Shown piece after piece: positions 52,528 to 61,730 of a stretch of 64,000 bases of DNA. Below the pieces are notes generated by a model. The model did no database searches and was not told the origin of the DNA. It was given only the letters and a program-made list of their open reading frames with translations. Source of the DNA: Candidatus Latescibacterota bacterium (GTDB lineage Bacteria > Latescibacterota > UBA2968 > GCA-2709665). The translations under genes and the position numbers were made by a program. The number at the start of each line of letters is the position of its first letter. Within the stretch, counting starts at the first letter, position 1. The stretch is from assembly GCA_965222075.1 (NCBI GenBank), contig OZ244937.1, positions 3,136,001 to 3,200,000 of the forward strand, read 5' to 3'.

Positions 52528-53322
52528 TCAAAAGCGTATGTTGAGGGCCGCAACTGCTGCGGGACGGCCGTCGGAGTCCAGGGGGGTGACCTCGATCCAG
52601 ATCCGTTTGGAGGCCTTTTCCGGGTTTAATGACCGGGCGTGGACCGAGACGTGGATGGCGCTTGCGATGCGGTTGACGACGGCAAGCCCCAGGATGACCG
52701 AGGCGCGTTTGAGGAATTTGTTGCTTTCGTTACGCTGGTTTTCATAGTCCAGTCGAATAGATGAGGTGACCTGGTCGTTGATGATGCTGAAGGAGACGTC
52801 CCGGATGTCGCTCCAGCCGTAGACGAACTGGTCGTATTTCCCGATCATTTCGTAGTACTGTTGGGTGTCCACCTTTGGGCAGTTGGCGGCATTGGGGTCG
52901 GTATGTTTGCAGGGCAGGGTTTCGGTTTCGTTATAAGGTCTTCCATGGGCCGCGTTGTAGACCTGCCAGTCCCGGTAGCGCGATTCGTTCCAGTGCTGGT
53001 CGGCGAACGCCCGGAATTTCGCTTTCAGGTCGTTCCCTTTGCTGCGCCAGCGGGTGTAGTTGATCCAGGTGAGCGCCTCTACGGCCACAAAGGCAATCGC
53101 CCGCTTTGTGGCCCCGGTATAGAATTCTCCAAGGCCGGGCACAACCAGGGACATCAGGAAGGCTACCTTAGAGGATTTGGGACCGGAATCGGCGGATTCC
53201 TGTAAAAACCGGGTCGATGTTCCATCCAGCGTGTAGCTGCGGGAGGAAGTCGGGGCGGTGAAGTCCGCTGCCCAGGCCGAACCGGCCCAGATCAGCAGGA
53301 CAGCAGCCATGAGGGTGCGCAT
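52528..53322 (-). CDS. DUF5683-like exported/membrane protein (paralog)
   Basis: Signal peptide, KSSKVAFLMSLVVPGLGEFY, QQYYEMIGKYDQF, ends NIRF. Confidence 0.72.
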   Translation of the reverse strand: MRTLMAAVLLIWAGSAWAADFTAPTSSRSYTLDGTSTRFLQESADSGPKSSKVAFLMSLVVPGLGEFYTGATKRAIAFVAVEALTWINYTRWRSKGNDLKAKFRAFADQHWNESRYRDWQVYNAAHGRPYNETETLPCKHTDPNAANCPKVDTQQYYEMIGKYDQFVYGWSDIRDVSFSIINDQVTSSIRLDYENQRNESNKFLKRASVILGLAVVNRIASAIHVSVHARSLNPEKASKRIWIEVTPLDSDGRPAAVAALNIRF

Positions 53323-53379
53323 GGGTCTGTTCCTTTCAAGAAAGTCACGCGTCGCGAGTCTCCCATTCCTTCCCCCCCC

Positions 53380-56300
53380 TTAGAGGCCGACGCTTTGTAG
53401 ATAGCCGAAGAGGAGGGTGAAGTAGAACTTCAGTCCGCTCCTGCGGGAAGGGTCTGTGGGACTGAGCAGGGGGGCGGTGTCGAAGCCGTAGGCGATGTTG
53501 AAACTGATCCGGGTGGGGAAGACGTAGAAGGAGGTGCCACCGTAGCGAAGCTGCGCCCCCACGTCCCGTTTCCACCCCCGTTTGAGGGTGCTGTCTGAGG
53601 CGGTGCCGTCCCAGGCGCGCCCGATGCCCGCGTAGATCGAGCCGTAGAGGTGGTCGGAGTAGACCGGGCCGGTCTGGCGGTTGATGCGGGTCCGGATCGG
53701 GAAGCGGTAGGCGGCCCGGAACATGGCGGCCCGGCTGCCTTCCAGGCTGTAAAAGGTGTAGCCTTTCAGATAGGGCAGCCCTCCCAGGTGAAAGTCGAAG
53801 AAGTCATCCACGGCGCTGTCGATGAGACCGCCGTAGAAGCGGAATCCAAGGGCACTCCGTCCGGGTCCGACGGGCAGGAATTCGCTCCAGTCGAGGGTGA
53901 ACTGATTGTAAAAATAATTGTCGTAAATTTCAACGAGGACGGAGGTGTTTTCTTTAAAGCCTCGGAGGAAGAAGTTGAAGAATCGGTCGTATCGGAAGGT
54001 GATCTGGCGGCCGGCGCGGGGGTTGATTTCCGAGTCTCGGGCGCGAGCCACGGACTTCAGGCGATACGAGAAGGCAAGGTCGAACCCGTTGAGGTAGGTC
54101 GCGCCCAGGGTGGTGCGGTTCAGGCCGTTGAAGCGGGCCTGGTCGATGATCCATCCGTAGCGGCTGTAGATGAGCCTGGCATCCAGCAACCCTCCCCGGC
54201 CCATCCGATACTTTGCTCCCAGTTCGATGCCGTTGAGGGCAAAGGTCCGGTTGAAGATACGGAAATCCCGGTCCCGGTCAACCACATCCTCTTCCACATT
54301 CCGTGTCACCCGGTAGGCCTCTAAAAAGAGGGTGGGGCGCCAGTGCCGGGATTCGTAGAGGCTGAAGAGGTCCACGTCCCTGTCGAGTGACATCATTCCG
54401 ACAAAAAAGAGGCCCTGTTTTCCCAGTACGTCGTCCGATCCGGTCTCAAAGCCGAGTTTGAGTTTGCCTGCATCTATGGCGATTCGGGGCAGGACGATGA
54501 GGGGGGTAAAATCGTTTTTGTAAGGCCGACTTTCCGGCTGTTCGACCTCTGCGAGTCGAGGAAGGGGAGGCGCCGTTCCCCGGGGGTGGAAGGCCAAAAG
54601 ATCGACCGATTCCCAGAGGCTTCGACCGTCAATGGTACGGATTTCGTAGCCCTTTGCACCGTAATATGTGAAGGCAATGCGCCCGTCGTGCGGGTGGACA
54701 TGGGGCTGTAAGGCCCCGCCCGGAACACGGGTGATCCGATGTACGGCCCCGTCGGTCAGATCGAGGTGGTAGAGGTCAAAGATCCCCTCCCGGTCGGAGG
54801 CGAAGACCAGGCCTGCACCGTCGGGCGTCCAGCAGGGGTCGCGGTCGGTGCCGGAGGATGCGACCACGCAGGTCCAGTCGCCTCCCTCTGCGGGGATGAC
54901 GGCGATATCCCGGCTGCCGTCGGGGCGGAAGATGGAGAAGGCGATCCGCTTTCCATCGGGAGACCACCGGGGGGTATAGACCAGGGTGCCGTCGTCGAAT
55001 TGCGTGAGGTAGCGAACTTCACGGGTGCTGGTATCCATGATGCCCAGGTTGGTGGAACCGCCCCTGTTTTTGACGAATGCGATGGCGGTTGCATCCGGAG
55101 CATAGGCGGGAAAGACGGCGCGGAGGCTGTGGGAGAGGCGTGTTTCTCCGGGGCGTTTTCCGCCGGACAGGCCAAGGATGCCCGCCGCTTTTTGGAACGC
55201 ACTCTTTTTATCCGGGTGAGACGGGTTTGCGGTGTAGAGGTCCCAGAATCTGCAGCCGTAGCGGTTGGGGGGGCTGCGGCGGGCAAAGAGGAGGTGCACC
55301 CCGTCGGGAGACCAGTCGAAGGCGGTGCGGGCGCCCGGCGCGACCAGCTCCTGGGTGCTGTCGGCAAAGGTGAAGGCGTAGAGGCCGGTCCGGCCGTAGT
55401 CGCTGCCGGCATTGGAGAGGTAGGCGAGCCGTTTGCCATTGGGGGACCAGCGGGGATAGAGGTTGAGGTAGCCCTCGGCGTGGACGACCTCCCCGGCGGC
55501 CGGGTCCGCCCCGATTTGGGCCTCCTGCATGCGGTAGCGCTCTTTTAAGGAGGCAACCCAACGCCTGTGGAGTTCCCGGCCGGAGATGCCGAGGGCCTCC
55601 TGAACCGCGCCTCCAAAGTCGGTGCGCCACCAGGTGGTCATGTTTTTGTAGATCCGTGCGAGGTTCTCCTCGCCGAAAGTGTTGACGATAAACAGGACAA
55701 GGGCATAGCCGTGGTCGTAGACCTTTTCGAACCCAAGGCCGGTTTTGGCGCCAAAGGCGTTCATCTCATCGTAGGTGAGGAGGGCGTCATTGAGGGTGGC
55801 CATCCGGAGGATCATATCCCGATGGGAATCCCAGCGGTCGTAATGGGCACCGGCGGCCATATACTGGGCCGTGCCCTCGGCGTACCAGGGGGGCACGATG
55901 GTTGTGGGAACAGCATAGGCGGCGAGGATGTCGGGGTAGCCGGTGAGGACATCGTCCCGTCGGCCCTCGCTCTGGTAGCCGAGGAATTGGAAGACGAGGG
56001 CGGGAAGGCGCCGGGTGCCCTTCCGGGCCGTTTGCAGGGAGATCAGGTGGGTGAGTTCGTGGGTGAACACGTTGCGCAGCCAATCGGTTTTTGTCCCCCG
56101 AAACTCGAAGTCGATGTTGATGCTGGAGGCCCAGATTTCGAGCATGTTGAAGGGGGGAATGGCCACCCCGAAGCCGATGTCGTCCACGTCTTTCAGGACA
56201 AGCCGGATCTTTTTGTCGGGCACGAACCCGTAGAGCCGGGTGATCGGCCCAAAGACCTCTTCTGCGGCTCTGGAGGCCCGCCCCGCAAAGCGTTCCAGGC

Positions 56301-56454
56301 CCTGGTGGTAGTGGATTTTGAAGTGCTCGGTCTCCAGTGTTTCCCAGGTCAGCTCCGGATGGTTGGCCTCCCTGCCGAGCTGGGCCTGAGCGGGTGTTGT
56401 TAAGACGAGCAGGCCCAACGCGAAGAGCAGAAGCTTGTATTGCCTTTCACACAT
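53380..56454 (-). CDS. gluzincin peptidase domain - TolB/PD40 beta-propeller - Omp85/BamA-like barrel protein
   Basis: WETLETEHFKIHY, THELTH plus WYAEGTA, repeated PRWSPDG/WTPDG, LGGLPYLKGY (RG(F/Y)-like lid), C-terminal KFYFTLLF. Confidence 0.82.
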   Translation of the reverse strand: MCERQYKLLLFALGLLVLTTPAQAQLGREANHPELTWETLETEHFKIHYHQGLERFAGRASRAAEEVFGPITRLYGFVPDKKIRLVLKDVDDIGFGVAIPPFNMLEIWASSINIDFEFRGTKTDWLRNVFTHELTHLISLQTARKGTRRLPALVFQFLGYQSEGRRDDVLTGYPDILAAYAVPTTIVPPWYAEGTAQYMAAGAHYDRWDSHRDMILRMATLNDALLTYDEMNAFGAKTGLGFEKVYDHGYALVLFIVNTFGEENLARIYKNMTTWWRTDFGGAVQEALGISGRELHRRWVASLKERYRMQEAQIGADPAAGEVVHAEGYLNLYPRWSPNGKRLAYLSNAGSDYGRTGLYAFTFADSTQELVAPGARTAFDWSPDGVHLLFARRSPPNRYGCRFWDLYTANPSHPDKKSAFQKAAGILGLSGGKRPGETRLSHSLRAVFPAYAPDATAIAFVKNRGGSTNLGIMDTSTREVRYLTQFDDGTLVYTPRWSPDGKRIAFSIFRPDGSRDIAVIPAEGGDWTCVVASSGTDRDPCWTPDGAGLVFASDREGIFDLYHLDLTDGAVHRITRVPGGALQPHVHPHDGRIAFTYYGAKGYEIRTIDGRSLWESVDLLAFHPRGTAPPLPRLAEVEQPESRPYKNDFTPLIVLPRIAIDAGKLKLGFETGSDDVLGKQGLFFVGMMSLDRDVDLFSLYESRHWRPTLFLEAYRVTRNVEEDVVDRDRDFRIFNRTFALNGIELGAKYRMGRGGLLDARLIYSRYGWIIDQARFNGLNRTTLGATYLNGFDLAFSYRLKSVARARDSEINPRAGRQITFRYDRFFNFFLRGFKENTSVLVEIYDNYFYNQFTLDWSEFLPVGPGRSALGFRFYGGLIDSAVDDFFDFHLGGLPYLKGYTFYSLEGSRAAMFRAAYRFPIRTRINRQTGPVYSDHLYGSIYAGIGRAWDGTASDSTLKRGWKRDVGAQLRYGGTSFYVFPTRISFNIAYGFDTAPLLSPTDPSRRSGLKFYFTLLFGYLQSVGL

Positions 56455-56494
56455 TCGTCCAGGTTCCAGGTTAAAGGCCAGGCGGCAAAGGGAT

Positions 56495-59400
56495 CTATTT
56501 GATCACCGCCGCTTTTACGAATCGGACTTCAGACCGATCTGTGGATACGGCTTCCACCCGACAGATGTAAAGGCCGCTTGCATAGTCGCTGGTGTCCCAG
56601 AAGATTTCGTTGTCCGTTCTGGGCACCGGGTTCTCCAGGGAGAGGCGATCCACAATTTCTCCGAGGGCGTTGAGCACCACGACCCGGATCTGGGCGGTAT
56701 TGCCCAGGAAGAATCGGAGGGTGGCCGACGATCCCCGGATAGGATTGGGATAGCAGTAGACCCGTCCCGAGGGGAGGAGCAGGGGAGAAGGGTCCTCGGG
56801 AGCGGCCTGGGGGGACATGAGGAGATGGCCGGTGTTTGCGGAACCGCCTCCGAGCTGTCCCCAGACGATTCGGTTGCCGATCAAGTCAGGGGCGACCTCT
56901 TCCAGGTGCCAGAGGTGAACCGCGCCGTTGGCCGTAAACAGGACGAGTTCCAGGGTGCCGTCTCCATCCAGGTCGTCGAGGATGGGCGAGGTCCGGATCG
57001 GGCCCGACACGGAGAGGGGGAAGCCGGGCAGGGGCGTGCCGTCTCCGCGCAAGCCGTAGAGGAGCCCCCCCTGTGAACCGGCGAGAATTTCGGGGGCGCC
57101 GTCTCCATCCAGGTCCGCCAGAACGGGCGGGGCGCCGATGGGGCCGGCCTCATCTTTGAGGGGGAAGGCAAGAGGGGCGCCGGTTTGCAGCACGCCGTTG
57201 AAGCGAACCGCCCAGAGACGCCCGCTGCCCCCAAAGAGTGCTTCGACAAAGCCGTCTCCATCCAGGTCCGCCAGAACGGGCGGAGAGACCGCGCCACCGG
57301 GCACCGGCACGCTCTGTGCGACCAGCCCGGCGTTGTTGAGGATGGAGACGACGCCGTTGGCGGTTACGAGGACGACCTCGTCTACTCCACTCCGGTCGAG
57401 GTCGGCTAAGACCGGGGCGCCTACGGCCGGCCCCTGGAGCGCTGCGAGCCGCCGGACCCGGGCAGGACCTTCGACGATGGCGATGCGGCCGGTTTGGGTG
57501 AGGGCGATCAGTTCGTTGGACGGGTCCTCGTCGATGTTCCCGACCGCGAGCGCCGCAACAGGTTCAGGGCCCAGGTCTGCACTTCCGCTCTCGCCTGCAA
57601 ATTTGCCCCATTCGACCCTTCCATCGGACCAGCCCCAGATGTCTGCGGACGCACTGCCGGGGAACGGAGCGATGACCGGCGCTGCTGAGACCACAGCGTT
57701 ACGAGGGGCAACCTCGTCGCCTGGGGTTGGGATGAAGCGGCCGTTCACCCACAGGATGGGTGTGCCCCCGTCGCCAAAGATGAATTCGGTCCGGCCGGCG
57801 CCCGCTCCGCCGGTTACCAGGTTGCCAACAGCAGGCGGTACCGAGGCCGAGAACTGAAAGGCGTTGAAGGGGCTGCCGTTGAGGGTCCAGGCGCTGTGAC
57901 CGGTGGGTGCGCCCCTGATGATCTCTTTTTGCCCGTCTCCGTCCAGGTCCAGGGCGCGGGGAGCCTGGAGACTGCCTGGAGGCAGGCCGGTAACCGGCCA
58001 GGCGCCCTGCCGTAGGGCAAGGGTAATAGCCACGGCCATGGTGTCTCCCGGCGGGCTGAGGACCTCGATGGTGAAGCCTGTGGAATAGCCGAGGTTGCTG
58101 CTGGTGTTTGGCGTGGTGTCCGGGCCAAAGCGGGCCGTGTTGCCCACGTAGAAAGGGTCCTGGGGACCGCCCTGGATGCTGCTGAGGGAGATGATGCCGC
58201 TTTGAACAATCCGGCCGGCGGAGACATTGCCGATGTCTTCCAGCCCGTCGGCCTCTTCCAGCGTGATTCCCCGCCGAAACTGAGAGCTGATCCCGTCGGA
58301 GGCGATCCGGTAGCCGGGGTTGCTGTTGATGGGGTGATCGTTGTCGCTGGCGCGGATGACGGTATCATCCACGTGCCAGATCAGGAGGCCCGAGCCGGGG
58401 ATAAAGGCGTCGTAGTCGTCCACGGAGAGCCAGACCCCTCCCCCATCCTGCCGGGAAAATGCGATGCTGGGCACCCGCCCCTTGAGGGCCAGACGGGAGA
58501 TCCGATTTTCGAGCAGGAAGTATTCGGTGGCGCTGATGGGGACTTTGACCGCCTGGGGCAGGTCGGATACGACGTGGGGGGCCACGACCTGCACGGTGTC
58601 GTTATGGGTGACGGTTTTCGGCGTGAGCCAGCCGAGCTGAATCCGGGACCAGGCGAGCATCCGGCTGGGGATGAAGCCGAGGAGCACCGTATCGGCGGGC
58701 TCGGCCGACAACCCCTTGAGGCCGAGCCGGGCGGATGAGGCAACGCCGATGTTTCCGGTATCCATCAGGCTCCAGTCGCCCACCGCGGGCAGGCCGTCTT
58801 CAAAGTTGGAGAGCCCCTGCAGGCCAAGCTGGTTGGCAAAGAAGCGGGCGAGGGTGCCGTTGAGCCCCCCCCGCCCATCGGTGCTGATGGCTTCTGGAAG
58901 GAGCATGCCACCCGTAACACGGCCGGCGCCGTTGTCCACCCGGATCGGGCCGCCTGCGTAGCGCGCGAGGTCGGGTGGGGCGATAAAGGCGGAGGGGATG
59001 TCGTTGAGGGCCTGTTGGCCCGCTTCTGCCCCCAGCCCCGCGTGGAAGACCGCAAAGGCCCGAAAGTTTGAGAAATCGAGGCCTTCCCCTTCGGCCGAGT
59101 CGGCAGCGGCGATCCCATCCCGGAAGAGCCGGGTCTGGCGCTCGTCGATTTCCTGCTGGGTTCTTCCGTTGCCGTATTCCTTCAGGGGGGTGGGAAGAAC
59201 ATAGCTGCTGTTGGAATCGCCGGGGTAGACCTCGTAGTCGATTTCAAGCTGTCCCTGGGAGATGTCCCGGTAGTAGTTCGCCAGGGCCTGGAGGTGGGCG
59301 TCAAAGTAGGCTTTGTCGTGTGGGGGCGTATCGTAAGGGAAGCGCAGGCTGTCTTGTACGTCGGCGGTGGGCCGGAGGTCGAAGGTCCCATTGCCGCTGG

Positions 59401-59635
59401 TGGTTTCATCGTCCGGCTCTTCCCGGGGGAAGGAGACCCGCACCGCCAGGATGCGCCAGGTTTCTACGGCCTCTGCAGTGGGAGGAACAATACCCCCTGC
59501 GGTGAGGAGAAGGAGGAGCCCCCTGTACGCAGAAGAGACCGCAAGGCGTGGGAGAAAGGCCCGGTGTGCCCCGGTTGCCTTTTGCCCCTCCTGCGGTCCG
59601 GTTTTTCGCGTTTGCCGTGCCCGCCTCAACCCCAC
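56495..59635 (-). CDS. M6/immune inhibitor A-like domain + FG-GAP repeats + T9SS type-A C-terminal sorting domain
   Basis: LAVRVSF, FHAG, WSLMDTG, EYFLLENR, GLLIWHVD, repeated LADLDGDG, YCYPNP...GLYICRV...VKAAVIK. Confidence 0.8.
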   Translation of the reverse strand: MGLRRARQTRKTGPQEGQKATGAHRAFLPRLAVSSAYRGLLLLLTAGGIVPPTAEAVETWRILAVRVSFPREEPDDETTSGNGTFDLRPTADVQDSLRFPYDTPPHDKAYFDAHLQALANYYRDISQGQLEIDYEVYPGDSNSSYVLPTPLKEYGNGRTQQEIDERQTRLFRDGIAAADSAEGEGLDFSNFRAFAVFHAGLGAEAGQQALNDIPSAFIAPPDLARYAGGPIRVDNGAGRVTGGMLLPEAISTDGRGGLNGTLARFFANQLGLQGLSNFEDGLPAVGDWSLMDTGNIGVASSARLGLKGLSAEPADTVLLGFIPSRMLAWSRIQLGWLTPKTVTHNDTVQVVAPHVVSDLPQAVKVPISATEYFLLENRISRLALKGRVPSIAFSRQDGGGVWLSVDDYDAFIPGSGLLIWHVDDTVIRASDNDHPINSNPGYRIASDGISSQFRRGITLEEADGLEDIGNVSAGRIVQSGIISLSSIQGGPQDPFYVGNTARFGPDTTPNTSSNLGYSTGFTIEVLSPPGDTMAVAITLALRQGAWPVTGLPPGSLQAPRALDLDGDGQKEIIRGAPTGHSAWTLNGSPFNAFQFSASVPPAVGNLVTGGAGAGRTEFIFGDGGTPILWVNGRFIPTPGDEVAPRNAVVSAAPVIAPFPGSASADIWGWSDGRVEWGKFAGESGSADLGPEPVAALAVGNIDEDPSNELIALTQTGRIAIVEGPARVRRLAALQGPAVGAPVLADLDRSGVDEVVLVTANGVVSILNNAGLVAQSVPVPGGAVSPPVLADLDGDGFVEALFGGSGRLWAVRFNGVLQTGAPLAFPLKDEAGPIGAPPVLADLDGDGAPEILAGSQGGLLYGLRGDGTPLPGFPLSVSGPIRTSPILDDLDGDGTLELVLFTANGAVHLWHLEEVAPDLIGNRIVWGQLGGGSANTGHLLMSPQAAPEDPSPLLLPSGRVYCYPNPIRGSSATLRFFLGNTAQIRVVVLNALGEIVDRLSLENPVPRTDNEIFWDTSDYASGLYICRVEAVSTDRSEVRFVKAAVIK

Positions 59636-59654
59636 GGTTCATTCCAAATATAAA

Positions 59655-59771
59655 AAAACGTGAAACGGCAAACGTGAGAGAGAAGCAAAGCGCGAGGCGC
59701 AGCGCGTTAAAGACAAACCCCAATGCCCGATACGCAATGCGCTTTGCGGCTGTTGTTTGCCGTTTGCCTGT
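59655..59771. repeat. heptamer tandem repeat patches with inverted arms
   Basis: aaacgtg-aaacggc-aaacgtg facing tgtttgc-cgtttgc-ctgttt, plus other 7-mer runs. Confidence 0.55.
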
Positions 59772-59772
59772 T

Positions 59773-60816
59773 TTAGAAGGAGAATCCCCCTGAAAACCGA
59801 AACACTTCGCCGAAGCCCGATCTCTCCTTATCCATCGGGACAAAATAGGAGAGGTCAAATGAGGCCCAGTTGTACTTCAGCCCCAGGCCGAAGGTGAGGG
59901 CCTTCCGTTTGCCATCCGTGTCGTGAGTGTAGCCCGCGCGGAGGGCAAAGGCCGAGTCTTCGGAGAGGTTATAGGCCCACTCTGCGCCGGTGTGGTAGTC
60001 GATGTCTTTGAACTCTTCGGCCGCAGGGCTGTCTGCCCATCCGCTGATAAAGGAGATGAACCCCTCGTCCGCCAACGGCTTGTAGATATCGGTGGAAAAA
60101 AGCACCGAGGAGTGTTTTCCTTTAAAAATTCTGTAGGCAAAACCGATGGTAAGGTTCTGAGGCAGGGGGTCGGCCTGGTCGGCATCGATAAAGGTGATGT
60201 TCGGCCCCAGGTTGCGGAGCACCCAGGCGAGGGCGAACCGATCAGAAGCCTTCCACATAAAGCCGAGGTCGCCCGCGAAGGTTGTGCCTGCGCCCTTCCC
60301 TTGCTCGTTACCAGCGCCCTGGCTGGCGAGGTTTTCGTGGACCAGTTTTACGGTAACGCCCAACGACATGGTCTTTGTGAAGGAGGTTCCATAAGATACC
60401 CCAAAGGCCAGGCCAAAGCTTGGAAATTCTCCCAGGTCGTTCCCCTGTTGATCCCTTCGGAACTGGGTACCAAGAGATGTGTAAGTGAGGCTGAACCCCA
60501 GGTTGCCCACTCCTGCGAAGGGCTGAGTGTAGGCGCCGAAGGAGGTGAAGATATCGGTCGCCAGCCTTGGGACGGGCCTGTAGAATGTGGTGCTCAGGCT
60601 CCGGTCCGTGTCGTCGGCCAGGGCTGCGGGGTTGTAGTAGGTGGCATTGGCGTCGTCGGCAATGGCGATAAAGGCCTCTCCCATGCCCGCGGAACGGGCG
60701 CTGGGCTGGAAGAGGAGAAAGGGCGCAGCCGCCCGACTCTCCGGGGTGGCCCAGGCCACGCCGGTTGTGAGGGTGCCGATACCGGCCACAAACAGGATGA
60801 AAAGGGACTTCTTCAT
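59773..60816 (-). CDS. porV: PorV/PorQ family outer membrane protein
   Basis: Signal peptide, AAPFLLFQPSARSAGMGEA, DANATYYNPA, RNLGP, ADPLP, LRAGY, terminal FRFSGGFSF; GAGGAGG RBS. Confidence 0.85.
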   Translation of the reverse strand: MKKSLFILFVAGIGTLTTGVAWATPESRAAAPFLLFQPSARSAGMGEAFIAIADDANATYYNPAALADDTDRSLSTTFYRPVPRLATDIFTSFGAYTQPFAGVGNLGFSLTYTSLGTQFRRDQQGNDLGEFPSFGLAFGVSYGTSFTKTMSLGVTVKLVHENLASQGAGNEQGKGAGTTFAGDLGFMWKASDRFALAWVLRNLGPNITFIDADQADPLPQNLTIGFAYRIFKGKHSSVLFSTDIYKPLADEGFISFISGWADSPAAEEFKDIDYHTGAEWAYNLSEDSAFALRAGYTHDTDGKRKALTFGLGLKYNWASFDLSYFVPMDKERSGFGEVFRFSGGFSF

Positions 60817-60976
60817 TTGGAAACTCCTCCTCTTAAGAGGTAATTGTGGTCTTGTGTCGGGAGAAAAAATAAGCAAAAATAGGGCCAAATGGTACAAAAA
60901 ACCCCGGATACGGACGCAGATCAACGGTTCCGTCAACCCGGGTGGGTTTTGTTCCACTTGGACATGCTGTATCCTC

Positions 60977-61133
60977 ACTCGCTAAGGCCTTTGGCTGGAT
61001 CTTACAATCGGCGGTTGCAACACCCGACATCAAGAGGTACGAAAGGCCCACCAAAGACCCGATGTACCACGTGGACGAGCTGATGGTTGGACAAATGTTG
61101 GTAAGTCAAAAAAGGCCAAACCCTTTAGCGAGT
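60977..61133 (-). ncRNA. candidate rod-like structured RNA (possibly 6S-like)
   Basis: Complementary ends (ACTCGCTAA/TTAGCGAGT, TTTGGC/GCCAAA, CTTAC/GTAAG) and inner G-U-containing stems; intergenic with no credible ORF. Confidence 0.4.
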
Positions 61134-61263
61134 AACAGTAGGCACTCCTTTGGCGAGATGGCGTTGAAGAGAAAAAGAAAAAAAGCTTGTTTAACAGCGG
61201 TTCGTTGTATATTTTTTCCTGAGTCGATGATCGGTGGCTGATCCTTTGAGAAAAGGGAGCGCA

Positions 61264-61530
61264 ATGATTGAACAAGACTTACTCGATATCCTGGCCTGCC
61301 CGGAGAACAAGACGCCAGTGAGGCTGGCCGATCAGACGCTGGTTGACGAAATCAACTACCGTATTGAAAAAGGCGAAGTCAAAAACCGGGCACAGAAACG
61401 GGTCGAGAAGAAGATTGACGGTGGCCTGGTTCGAGAGGATGGCGCGTATCTTTATCCTGTAGAAGACGATATTCCAATTATGCTTATCGACGAAGCCATC
61501 CCGTTAAAGGATACTTCTTTACGTCCCTGA
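61264..61530 (+). CDS. Trm112-like (UPF0434) protein
   Basis: LLDILACP...YPVEDDIPIMLIDEA. Confidence 0.88.
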   Translation: MIEQDLLDILACPENKTPVRLADQTLVDEINYRIEKGEVKNRAQKRVEKKIDGGLVREDGAYLYPVEDDIPIMLIDEAIPLKDTSLRP

Positions 61531-61730
61531 TTTCTTACGGGGGCACAAAAAAAACAGCTTTTTTTCTTGCCGGATTCTTCAGAAGTATCCGTGAAGGCGT
61601 CAATAAGCATAAACGCACCTGCCCTCTTTTCGGTTCCCAATTTTATTTCCCGGCCATCGCATCTTTTCCCGGCCCCTTTTATCACGTAGGGAAGGCAGAC
61701 GGCCGTTATTTTATATTTTCATTTTACAGT

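Noticed and set aside
56960-57970. Repeated TCCATCCAGGTC segments as a DNA repeat element
   Set aside because: Explained by the encoded FG-GAP (DLDGDG) protein repeats
61030-61090. Hammerhead ribozyme (CGAAA and CTGATG present)
   Set aside because: The core lacks CUGANGA and the required stems could not be assembled
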